Position numbers and translations under genes: made by a program. DNA of 63,596 nucleotides, taken from IMG/VR virus record IMGVR_UViG_3300012527_000001, positions 1 through 63,596 of that record; one strand, written 5' to 3'. Positions 18,009 to 26,984 of the stretch are shown piece by piece; position 1 is the stretch's first letter, and the number at the start of each line of letters is the position of its first letter. Source of the DNA: a virus (Duplodnaviria > Caudoviricetes). The notes under the pieces are model-generated. The model did no database searches. It was given only the letters and a program-made list of their open reading frames with translations, and was not told the origin of the DNA.

Positions 18009-18957
18009 GTGACCAAGCAAGAGATTCTGAGAACTAAGGTGGAGGCCAACCGTCTGGCCATCGAAACCTTCATGGGCAAGGACTTCAGTGTCTCTGATCT
18101 CGAGCCTCTGCCTGAGACGGGTGAAAGGGTATTGCTCACAGCGACAGACGGACGCCAGGAATGCGCCTACGTCGTCGAGGATCGCCTCATCGTGGACGAA
18201 TATGTTCCCGAACTGGCCCAGGCGTCTCTGGACGCCGGAGCCGACCCGGCAGAGTCGAAGCTCAAGTTCGACGTGGTGGGGGAGGTGGTGGAGTGATAGG
18301 TCCCCGTGACGTCGTCTACGAGAAGGTGCACGCAGAGTTCTTGCCGAAGATGCCAGGTCCGGCCAAGGGCGAAAAGATAACCCAGTTCAACAAGCTCTTC
18401 GAGGCCATGTGGGAGGCTATGCGGGGGAGCTTCTGGGCTATGGCCACAGAGGTCAAGGGTATCGACCGACCCATTGCAACATTTCCAGAGGTTGACGAGG
18501 AGGAGTTCTAGTGGACGACGAAGAGGAGGAGTTCTTTGACGACGGCGAAGAGGATTTCTTCCTAGAGGATGAGCCAATCTTCAAGCCAGGTCATGTAGGT
18601 GTGTTCGAGGATTCTCCGATAGCCTCTTTCATGAACATGGTGATCTTTCATGACGAGCAGACGGTAGAGGTAAATAGTGTCATCTTCGAGGTTGGCAACA
18701 TCGTCAAGATCCAAGGTGAGGCTGGCTACTTCGCAATCAAGAGGTTGACATTCCGAGCTCCAGGAGAATACTTTCACGGCCATGAGGTCGAGAGCTACGC
18801 CGAGCTCTATGGTGGCACTCAAGTTCGCCATTGCTTCAGAGCCTTCAAGATCAGCCGCCTGCTTCCGGCAGGTAAGGTCCCAAGGGTCTTGTGGAGGTAT
18901 GACTTTGACGAAGCACCTAAGAAGAGGGCAGTTAGGGGGCCAGTAGGTAGGAAGTAG
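18009..18957 (+). CDS. Three hypothetical genes (18009-18296, 18293-18511, 18511-18957; the last possibly SH3-like)
   Basis: Coupled starts and stops; FEVGNIVKIQGEAGYFAI in the third. Confidence 0.5.
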
Positions 18958-19011
18958 TTCTTGCTGATAGCGTAGTGGTAGTCCCGCAAACCCGTTAGGA
19001 GAGGAGTTAGA

Positions 19012-19392
19012 ATGATATTCGGACTAATGATCCCTGCTGACACCAACACTGATGTCGTTCTGGTCATGATGAACGGCAAGTTGCTCGAGATGCAGACCGT
19101 TGTTGGAGGGTACATAGAAGTTCTCCAGACAGCGGTAGGTAATCTGATCGTTAACGAGGAGGGGTTGTTGAGTGATCTGCCCCTGAATCCCATCGCCACC
19201 TGTCTCCGATCAGGCATCACTGCCGTCAAGAGAGACAACCTGAGAGGTGCAGCGCTGCTCCTTGGTAAAGTGGACGAGGAGGGCAATTTCACAGATGTGA
19301 CCCCAGATGGAGTCGCAAAGGTCATGGCCGCCATGCGTGATGTCAATGATCTGAAGGATCAGATCAGGAAAGAGGTGCTTGGTGACAGGTGA
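19012..19392 (+). CDS. DUF3846-like protein
   Basis: LLEMQTVVGGYIEV...IVNEEG...LPLNPIAT...LRGAALL. Confidence 0.7.
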   Translation: MIFGLMIPADTNTDVVLVMMNGKLLEMQTVVGGYIEVLQTAVGNLIVNEEGLLSDLPLNPIATCLRSGITAVKRDNLRGAALLLGKVDEEGNFTDVTPDGVAKVMAAMRDVNDLKDQIRKEVLGDR

Positions 19393-19888
19393 AACGACCT
19401 GCTCTGACGGGGTGGCTCACTTCTGGTACTTCATCGAAGAGGGAGAGGTCGGGTTCGCCTGGACAGGGCGCTGGAGTGACCCGATGGAGGTGAGCTTCGG
19501 TGGATTCGGAGAGCCGCCCACCTATCGAGCCAAGCTCACACCACACGGGCTGAGGGAGCGGAAGCCTCGTGACTGGACCAGATGGTTCAAGAGGAAGTGC
19601 GACCTTTGGGTGGAGAGGAACTCTCTGGTCTGCGCCGAGGCCCTCGAGGTGAAGATAGAGGACAGGGCTCCCAATGAACCCCAGCAGGGTGACATCGTCA
19701 TCCAGAGAGATCCTGACGGGGGATTCCTTATGACCCCATTGGGCAGGAAGGTCTACTCATGGCTTGAGGTGTGGCAGGTGTTGTCCGCAGAGTTTCACGA
19801 CACTCAGAAGTACCCGAATGTATGGATGTACGAGTATGGCCACATGAGGGTCATTCCTCCCGGCTTCGGAAGTTTCGAGAGGGGGTGA
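19379..19888 (+). CDS. Hypothetical protein
   Basis: 169-aa ORF in operon. Confidence 0.55.
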   Translation: MVTGETTCSDGVAHFWYFIEEGEVGFAWTGRWSDPMEVSFGGFGEPPTYRAKLTPHGLRERKPRDWTRWFKRKCDLWVERNSLVCAEALEVKIEDRAPNEPQQGDIVIQRDPDGGFLMTPLGRKVYSWLEVWQVLSAEFHDTQKYPNVWMYEYGHMRVIPPGFGSFERG

Positions 19889-20126
19889 ATAATGAAGGCA
19901 AGTGAGTACATCACGGATCTCAAGGATCTCATGGATGAGCACGGTGACCTCGAGCTGGTCGACTCAAGAAGTGAGCCGATTGGGCTTCCCGAGTTCAACC
20001 ATGACGAGGGCGATGAGCCCGTGTTCGTCTGCGCAGATGAGGCATAGCAACACGTCACGACTCGCCGAGTTGTGATAGGGTATCTAGTACCGGGATGCTC
20101 CCGGAGAACAAGGAGAATGATACGAG

Positions 20127-20828
20127 ATGGCAGCAGCAACGAAGACCGCAAAGGTGGCCGTCAAGGCTACCGCCGAAGAGTCTGTGGACAAGCAGAAGGC
20201 TCGTCTGGAGCTCGGCAAGGAGGTCATGGCTCTCCGTGACGAGGGGGTCAAGTGGGCCGAGGTCAACGAGCAGGTCGAGGGTGGCCTGGGCGCCCTGATG
20301 TTCGCCGAGATGTGTGCGAGGGTCAAGCCTTCAGAGCGTGTGAAGTACAGCGACAGCGATGAGCTGGGGCAGTTCGTCGTGGATCTCCGGGACAACGAGA
20401 AGCTCTCCTGGGGTGTCATCGCCGCTCGCTGCAACACCGGAGAGGGGAAGATCCGTTCTGCCTACTCCACAGCCACTGGCGCCGACACGATCGGCAACCG
20501 GATCGGCAAGGGTGGGAGATTCCCCACGGAGGGCGAGCGTCCCGCCAAGGCGCCCAAGGCTGCGAAGGCAGCTGGCGGAGCCACGAAGGCCGCTGGTCGC
20601 CCCTCTCCCCTGGCTGCCCTGACCCTGAAGGACCTGAAGGCTCGCCTCGACCTCCAGACCGTCACTCTGGCTTCTGGCGACAAGGTTCAGATCAAGGCCA
20701 TCCAGAAGAAGAACCCCACCACCGGACAGGTCACGCTCCGGACGCTCGAAGGAAAGTCCATGACGATTCCTATCGCCGACATCAAGAAGGCCACCAAGCC
20801 GAAGGTCGAGGCGGAGGTCGAAGCCTGA
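20127..20828 (+). CDS. Putative nucleoid-associated/DNA-binding protein (HTH-like repeats, RIGKGGR, K/A-rich)
   Basis: LRDEGVKWAEV and LRDNEKLSWGVIAARC; PAKAPKAAKAA; paralogous to 9308-10012; strong codon bias. Confidence 0.65.
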   Translation: MAAATKTAKVAVKATAEESVDKQKARLELGKEVMALRDEGVKWAEVNEQVEGGLGALMFAEMCARVKPSERVKYSDSDELGQFVVDLRDNEKLSWGVIAARCNTGEGKIRSAYSTATGADTIGNRIGKGGRFPTEGERPAKAPKAAKAAGGATKAAGRPSPLAALTLKDLKARLDLQTVTLASGDKVQIKAIQKKNPTTGQVTLRTLEGKSMTIPIADIKKATKPKVEAEVEA

Positions 20829-20886
20829 CGACGAAGAGTAGCCGGGGGCGCCATACTGGTACCCCTGGTGAACTCTGCAGTACCCG

Positions 20887-20977
20887 CTGACACTGTGTAG
20901 CGGGGCTCGAAATGGCTAGGTGGGGCTACCGGCCCCGGTGGTCAAACAGAGCCTTTATACACAGTGTCAGTGGCTCC
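20887..20977. repeat. ~90-bp stem-loop element A (CTGACACTG...CAGTGTCAG)
   Basis: 13-bp inverted repeat CTGACACTGTGTA / TACACAGTGTCAG with nested stems; homologous to 24210-24299. Confidence 0.75.
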
Positions 20978-21006
20978 GATAGAATCCTCCAGAGAGGAGA
21001 GGTGTT

Positions 21007-21243
21007 GTGATCGAAGAACCAATTGTGGGAACTCTGTTGGGTTTTGTACTCTTCTGTGGACTTGTCTACTTGGTCTACGAGGCGATGAGAGTGGACCCGA
21101 AAGCCTTCATGGCGTGGTACCGCTGGCGAATGCAGAGGCCGCTTCCCGAGGACTACAAGACCCCGGATGACTTCAGGGTTGACTACCACCACTGGCGGTA
21201 TAAAGAGAGGCCGATCAGGCCAGTCTTCCGCAAGAGACCATGA
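21007..21243 (+). CDS. Small membrane protein
   Basis: N-terminal TM segment, basic C-terminus. Confidence 0.55.
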   Translation: MIEEPIVGTLLGFVLFCGLVYLVYEAMRVDPKAFMAWYRWRMQRPLPEDYKTPDDFRVDYHHWRYKERPIRPVFRKRP

Positions 21244-21716
21244 AGACATACATCACACACTCCACATTCAAGGAATGTGCACGGGCTCTTAGCCATCGTG
21301 ATCTTAGGAAGGCTCGTCTCAATGCGAGAGATCTGCTACTGTCCCTAGAGTCTGAGAATGATCAGGAACATGATCTGCCCTGGAGTGAAATGTGGCGTGG
21401 TCACGAAGGATCTTTGTGCACATACGGTCTTTTCATATGCGTAGAATGGTATGAGAGGTCTGGAGGGGGATGGGAGATGTACAACTCTTTCGAGCGCCAC
21501 CGGAAGCTGCACGTGAAGTTCCGTCGCTCCATTGTGTTCCCTTGGTGGCTAGAGGATGAAAAGCTCCACCTTAGCCATCGGGCAGCACTAGCCTTTCAAG
21601 ATCCGGATCACTACGCTAGACTATTCACAGAGGTAGTGCCGAGTTCGAACTGTTGGTGGCCCCCGAGCATAAAGCCACCTGTCTACACTGATCCGGCAGA
21701 CGAAGAGGAGTTCTAG
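21240..21716 (+). CDS. Pyrimidine-dimer DNA glycosylase/endonuclease V-like (MSMEG_6728-type), degenerate
   Basis: MKTYI..STF.ECARAL, MWRGHEGSL..YG...C.EW, PWWL.DE.LHLSHRAAL...DPDHY, WWP. Confidence 0.7.
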   Translation: MKTYITHSTFKECARALSHRDLRKARLNARDLLLSLESENDQEHDLPWSEMWRGHEGSLCTYGLFICVEWYERSGGGWEMYNSFERHRKLHVKFRRSIVFPWWLEDEKLHLSHRAALAFQDPDHYARLFTEVVPSSNCWWPPSIKPPVYTDPADEEEF

Positions 21717-22309
21717 TGGCTAAAGTTCAGAGGGGCACAACGGACATCTGCAGGCACTGCAAGGAGAAGGTCACCTTCGAGAACTGGAATGGATTCAACA
21801 ATCACTGGGTTCACTCCGAGGGCGTGAAGAGAATCCACTGCACCGAGCCTCCAGAGGACGCCGACTACAACCAGAAGAGGAACAGCGTCCAGGGCGCCCC
21901 ATCCTCCTACTGCTGGGAGAGAACTGCGAGCTATGGCGGCATTCTGGGAGGGCACTGCGGCGTTGAGATCAGAGACGTCAATCCCTACTTCGCTTGTGGC
22001 CGTCACATCAAGGACGCTCAGGCCACTGCTAGACATGATGCTGACATCGAGCTCCGCCGGGAGATCCAGACCTGGGAGCAGAGCGAGAACGACAGGTTGA
22101 ACGAACACCTGAAGAAAGTCTTGGGGAGTGAGCGTGACATCCATGGAAACTTCAGGTATCGGATCTCGTCCTATAACAGTGCAGATCAGATCACGGTCTC
22201 TACAAGATTCCTGCTGGAGAAACTTGGCAAGCCATACCAGCCAGAGCAGATCTTGACCCCTGACATTCTCATGGACCTACGACCACTAGAAGAAGGTGAC
22301 TTCGAATGA
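21716..22309 (+). CDS. Hypothetical Cys/His-rich protein
   Basis: CRHC, HWVH, CGRH. Confidence 0.55.
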   Translation: MAKVQRGTTDICRHCKEKVTFENWNGFNNHWVHSEGVKRIHCTEPPEDADYNQKRNSVQGAPSSYCWERTASYGGILGGHCGVEIRDVNPYFACGRHIKDAQATARHDADIELRREIQTWEQSENDRLNEHLKKVLGSERDIHGNFRYRISSYNSADQITVSTRFLLEKLGKPYQPEQILTPDILMDLRPLEEGDFE

Positions 22310-24165
22310 CTGGCGTGATAGCGGTAGACCTAGAAGGGGACAAGCTCGTCTGTAGATTTGACTACGACGCCAGGCTAGTCCAGAGATTCAAGGAGCTGCC
22401 GAGCGCCCGGTTCATCGGCAGGGACAAGGGTGGTCCATACTGGACTCTGAAGGCTGACATCGACACGGCCAAGCTCATGAAGCAGAAGTTCGGTGACCAG
22501 ATTCGCATCACTACTGCCGTGAGAGCCTGGGGCAACAAGACGAACAGCAGAAACAATCGCCTCAAGTCACTGAGCTCTGCGCAGGACGCTGACCTGAAGC
22601 ATCTGCAGAGGGTGCTGCCTGACCTGTACGAGTTCATCAGCAGTCGCCCCTACCAGAAGGCCGACATCGCCTTCCAGGCGGCCATCCCGAGTAGCGCCAA
22701 CGCCAACGAGCCAGGCACTGGAAAGACTGTTGAACTAATTGGCGCCATCTTCGAATCACGGACAGATGAGGGGCCACAGCTGGTATGCGCTCCTGTTACG
22801 GCTCTTGAAAGCGTCTGGGAGGAGCACCTTCTCAAGTGGCAGGATCACCCGGTCATAACCTGTCTCGGCAGCAGAGGGTCGAAGCTCCGTGAACTGGCTG
22901 ACGCTCAGGCTATGGCCGACGGCGGGGAGCCCTTCTGGCTGTTGGTCAACCCTGCCATGATTGGCTACCGGAGGAAGAACAGGGGCGACAAGCGGACGAC
23001 GCTCGACAACCTTGTTGCTCCCTTCCCTCAGCTCTTCGACATTGAGTGGAACAACTTCATCATCGACGAGTTTCACAAGATGGGACTGAATAACACCAGC
23101 TCCCTCTCCTACAAGGCGTTCAAGAAGATAAATGCTGATCGCAAGATGGCGACCTCCGGTACACCCATGGGTGGTAGACCAATCAAGCTCTTCGGCGTCC
23201 TGCAGTTCCTCTATCCTGACATCTTCACGAGCAAGTGGGATTTCGCCAAGAAGTGGCTAACCACTACTCCGAATGTGGACAAGTACGGGAACGAGCACGG
23301 CATCAGCATTGAGGGCATTCGTCCAGAGCGTGAGGATGAGTTCTATGAGATGCTCAGCAGATACCTCGTTCGCCGAACCAAGGCAGAGGTCTCCCCATGG
23401 CTCCCGGCCAAGCAGTATGTTACGCTCTGGGCCCACATGGAAGGTGAGCAGGAGCGTCAGTACGATGCATTCGCCGATAAGGCTGAGGTGAAGATTGAAG
23501 AGAACGAGCTCTCAGCCACTTCTATCCTGGCAGAGTACACCTACCTGCGCCAGATGGCCGGAGCAGCTTGCCGGGTTGAATGGGTCAACATCGGGATGGA
23601 GGAGGACGAGCATGGCATTTCACGGATGAAGCAGCGGATGGCGCTACACCCGACAGAGGACTCCTGCAAGCTCCCCGTGCTCATGGACAAGTTGTCGGAG
23701 ATCGGACTTGACCCTGATGACCTGGATGGCAAGGCGCAGGTCTTGATCTTCAGCCAGTTCACACGTATGGTAAAGATGGTATTCGGATACCTCAAGGCCA
23801 AGGGCTTGCCCTGCGAGATGTTGACGGGTGAGACTCCGGTGCAGGACCGTACTGTTCTGATCCGTAGGTTCCAGGACCCTGACGACCCGCTGCGGATCTT
23901 GGTCATGAACACGATGGCCGGTGGTACCGCCATCACCTTGGACTTGGCAGATGACGTGATCTTTCTAGACGAGACGTGGATCCCTGACGACCAGGTGCAG
24001 GCCGAGGACAGAGCTCACCGGGCTAGCCGTGTTCACCAGGTCACGGTGACGTACGTCAGGACCAAGGGCACCATCGAAGAGAAGATCATGGAAGTGACAG
24101 AGGCACGGACAGACGTGAACTTCAATATCCTCGACGCTCGCAGAGCGGGATTGAGAGCCAAGTGA
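22306..24165 (+). CDS. SNF2-family helicase/translocase
   Basis: RPYQ, EPGTGKT, IIDEFH, SGTP, LIFSQF, QAEDRAHR motifs. Confidence 0.9.
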   Translation: MTGVIAVDLEGDKLVCRFDYDARLVQRFKELPSARFIGRDKGGPYWTLKADIDTAKLMKQKFGDQIRITTAVRAWGNKTNSRNNRLKSLSSAQDADLKHLQRVLPDLYEFISSRPYQKADIAFQAAIPSSANANEPGTGKTVELIGAIFESRTDEGPQLVCAPVTALESVWEEHLLKWQDHPVITCLGSRGSKLRELADAQAMADGGEPFWLLVNPAMIGYRRKNRGDKRTTLDNLVAPFPQLFDIEWNNFIIDEFHKMGLNNTSSLSYKAFKKINADRKMATSGTPMGGRPIKLFGVLQFLYPDIFTSKWDFAKKWLTTTPNVDKYGNEHGISIEGIRPEREDEFYEMLSRYLVRRTKAEVSPWLPAKQYVTLWAHMEGEQERQYDAFADKAEVKIEENELSATSILAEYTYLRQMAGAACRVEWVNIGMEEDEHGISRMKQRMALHPTEDSCKLPVLMDKLSEIGLDPDDLDGKAQVLIFSQFTRMVKMVFGYLKAKGLPCEMLTGETPVQDRTVLIRRFQDPDDPLRILVMNTMAGGTAITLDLADDVIFLDETWIPDDQVQAEDRAHRASRVHQVTVTYVRTKGTIEEKIMEVTEARTDVNFNILDARRAGLRAK

Positions 24166-24209
24166 CACGGGGCTTAGACAATACCCTTTGTAGAAGCTTG
24201 CATTGGTAC

Positions 24210-24299
24210 CTGACACTGGCGTCCCGACTTCCAAATGGGGTTTATGGGTAAGGCCCCAGGTGGTCTATCTGGAGCCTTTATACGCAGTGTCAGTGGTTC
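24210..24299. repeat. ~90-bp stem-loop element B, homologue of element A
   Basis: Shares CTGACACTG, AAATGG, GGCCCC(A)GGTGGTC and GAGCCTTTATAC(A/G)CAGTGTCAGTGG(C/T)TC with 20887-20977. Confidence 0.75.
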
Positions 24300-24300
24300 A

Positions 24301-24451
24301 GCTCATCTCACGCCCGTGAGACAGTCAACTATCTATCTCACGGACCCCCGAGGCCCTAGGGTCTCTTGCCAAAACTCAAACATCTGTCTCACTCATGAGG
24401 TACATAGATGCGTTTGAGGGTTAGGGGTTTGGGCCTCGGGCGCCCGTGAGA
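24301..24451. repeat. Long imperfect palindrome with TCTCACG/CGTGAGA arms, related to 7389-7545
   Basis: TCTCACGGACCCCCGAGGCCC (24336) pairs with GGGCCTCGGGCGCCCGTGAGA (24431-24451); inner CTCAAAC/GTTTGAG stem. Confidence 0.75.
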
Positions 24452-24542
24452 CGGATACTTGTCTTGTTTAGAACTTGGTCCAGCGGGCGCCTGTAGCATG
24501 GGGTAAGGTGTCAGGGCTGGTACCTGACCTCAGGAGATATGT

Positions 24543-25556
24543 GTGCCCGATAGAATCATACCACTTAGAACCTCGGAGAGATCTGCGTTCAAAAGCTGTA
24601 GGCAGAAATGGTATTGGGCGTATGTGGACAAGCTCAGCCAGAAGCGTGATCGTCCCGCCCTGTTCTTCGGCAGCTTGGTGCACGCAGCATTTGAGCAATA
24701 CTACATTCCCGGGATCAAGAGAGGGCCGCATCCGGCTAAGGTCCTGTCGGATCTATACCGTGCGCATCTTGATAGTGGGAAGCCGCACGTCTACATGAAG
24801 ACTCCCAAAGAGGGTGCAGACGAAAGTGAGAGGATGAATGCCGAAGACCTTGGCGTCGATCTACTCGAAGCGTATGTACAGCACTACGGATCAGACCAGA
24901 GCTTCGAAGTCATTAGTCCAGAGCAAGCGTTCCAAGTCGACGTCAGCTCCCCTAGGACCGGCAAGTACATGTTCACCTACGTGGGCCAAATCGATGCAGT
25001 CATCCGCAGAATCAAAGATGGCCGTCTTGGATTCCTTGAGCACAAGACGGGAGCCTCGCTTGAGCCCTTTGGCGCTCCCGTGGAGCTCGATGAGCAGAAC
25101 GGTGCCTACTGGACCTTTGGACCTGACTACCTCCAGGGGAAGGGCATACTGCTGCGGGGGGAGGAACTTGACTTTGTCCTCTACAATCGCCTCAGGAAGT
25201 CCATGGGAGACCAGCGTCCTACGAACAATGAGGGGTTGAGCCTGAACCTGAACGGCTCAGTGTCTAAGCGCCAGCCTCAGCCCAGGTTCAAGCGTGAGTT
25301 CGTGTACCGTGGTGACGCCGAGCGGCTTTCGGTCTTCAACCGAACGCTAAACGAGTTCCGTGAGATGCAGATGGTGCGCAAGGGGAAGCTGGCGGTCTAC
25401 AAGAACCCAGACAAGCATTGCGGCTATTGCGAATTCAGGTCAATGTGTGAAGTGCATGAATCAGGCGGTGAGTGGGAGGCCATTCGAGACTTCGAAATGG
25501 AGCTATGGGACCCATACGAGATCCACAATGACGAACTAGGAAGCGAGAGTGATTAG
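24543..25556 (+). CDS. Cas4-like PD-(D/E)XK exonuclease
   Basis: SERSAFKSCRQKW, GSLVHAAFE, GQIDAV, EHKT, HCGYCEFRSMC. Confidence 0.85.
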   Translation: MPDRIIPLRTSERSAFKSCRQKWYWAYVDKLSQKRDRPALFFGSLVHAAFEQYYIPGIKRGPHPAKVLSDLYRAHLDSGKPHVYMKTPKEGADESERMNAEDLGVDLLEAYVQHYGSDQSFEVISPEQAFQVDVSSPRTGKYMFTYVGQIDAVIRRIKDGRLGFLEHKTGASLEPFGAPVELDEQNGAYWTFGPDYLQGKGILLRGEELDFVLYNRLRKSMGDQRPTNNEGLSLNLNGSVSKRQPQPRFKREFVYRGDAERLSVFNRTLNEFREMQMVRKGKLAVYKNPDKHCGYCEFRSMCEVHESGGEWEAIRDFEMELWDPYEIHNDELGSESD

Positions 25557-26152
25557 TGGATGTCACAAGAAGGTCACTTCGAGAAATGTTGAATGACCAG
25601 GGTGCCTTCGACGAAGAGCCCGTTAGGTGTATCACTTCAGATGGTGTTGTCTACAAGATCATCGGAGTGATGCGTGATGTGGATTACAACGAGGAATCAC
25701 CAAGTGTGTGGTTCCAGATACAGGAGGAGGATTGATGGGTTGGAGTGAGAGAAGGTACTGGTACCAGATGTGGATCTACCACAAGCTGGGGGTGCAGAGC
25801 CTCTGGGGCCTCCTGGTCAAGATCATGCCCAGGCGTCTGAAGTATTGGGTGCTGATTGACCAGGGAGTCAAGTTCATCCACACCAACGAGGTCGTGCCGG
25901 ACGTGCCATTCACACAGGTGCTACAAAGGAGTGGTGACGCCTGTGGATAAGAACAGGAACGTAGAAGTCTACCAGGAGGGCGAGAGGTCGCTTGCAGGAT
26001 ACTCTGTCAGGGAGATATTGCAGGAGCTGTCTCATCGTTGTCGCAAGGATCTCTACACTAACCACGTAGCATTCTCCGTAGCAGATATTTGCGAAGATCT
26101 TCTTCGTACACTGCCGGAGCCCATGCTAAGGAAAGATGGTCGGAATGGCTAG
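25556..26152 (+). CDS. Three small hypothetical genes (25556-25735, 25735-25950, 25943-26152)
   Basis: Coupled stop/start codons and RBSs. Confidence 0.5.
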
Positions 26153-26945
26153 GCCCCAAGCAATTCAGCCAGTGGTGGATAGTGGGCGCTACATAAGGTG
26201 GCTGATACATGGTGACCCTGGTGTGGGCAAGACGCCGTTCATCTGTGAGCTACCCAAGACGCTGATCCTGGACGGTGAGGGTGGTGACTCCATTGTCTCG
26301 GCAGCTATCGCCGGCACCACTGCTCATCGTTGGGTAATGGATGACTGGGCTGCCATGGAGGAGGCATACGACTTTGTCAAGCATGACGCTGCCAAGGAAG
26401 GGTTCGAGTGGGTCTGGCTTGATCCACTGTCGCACTTCCAGGACAACGGGCTGGATGACATCATGAAACAGCTGGTTGCCGACCCCAAGAAGGGCCACCG
26501 CAAGGTGTACGCTCCAGACAAGGGGGAGTTTGGCCAGAACATGAACCGGATCAGCCAGTGGGTCCGGGACATGAAGGGATTGCCAATCAACTTTGGCTTG
26601 ACCTCTCACACGTTCCGAGTTGAGGATGAGCGGACTGGTGACGTGATGTATATGCCCATGGTCACTGGCAAGGGTATGGCTACGAAGATTTCTGGCTACT
26701 TCGGTCTAGTCACTTACATGGATGTCGAGGAAGGAGTAGCCAGGCTTCGCACAAAGAAGAGCGAGGAGTTCTACTGTCGAAACAGGTATGGTGGTCTACC
26801 TGACGTCATCCTGAAGCCCAAGGCTACAGTGATCGTCCAGAAGATCACCGCTAGTCGCAGTACAGCCCGTCCTGCAGCGCCAGCGGCTAAGGTAGGGCCC
26901 AGGCCCCGGCCGGTGGTGCGTCCAGTCAAGAAGATTGGTGCATAG
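26145..26945 (+). CDS. AAA_24 / Sak4-like ATPase (phage recombinase)
   Basis: LIHGDPGVGKT, LILDGEGG, VWLDPLS, TSH; lies between exonuclease and SSB. Confidence 0.85.
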   Translation: MARPQAIQPVVDSGRYIRWLIHGDPGVGKTPFICELPKTLILDGEGGDSIVSAAIAGTTAHRWVMDDWAAMEEAYDFVKHDAAKEGFEWVWLDPLSHFQDNGLDDIMKQLVADPKKGHRKVYAPDKGEFGQNMNRISQWVRDMKGLPINFGLTSHTFRVEDERTGDVMYMPMVTGKGMATKISGYFGLVTYMDVEEGVARLRTKKSEEFYCRNRYGGLPDVILKPKATVIVQKITASRSTARPAAPAAKVGPRPRPVVRPVKKIGA

Positions 26946-26984
26946 AATGATAAGAGCAACCAACAACGAGAGGAACATCTGACC

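Noticed and set aside
20962-20985. Firm call of a PafBC/RecA-NDp promoter
   Set aside because: Spacer is 1 nt shorter than the consensus and one arm lacks a -10 box; kept only as a hypothesis.
24543-25556. Cas4 as evidence of a CRISPR system
   Set aside because: It sits in the standard exonuclease-Sak4-SSB recombination module of phages.
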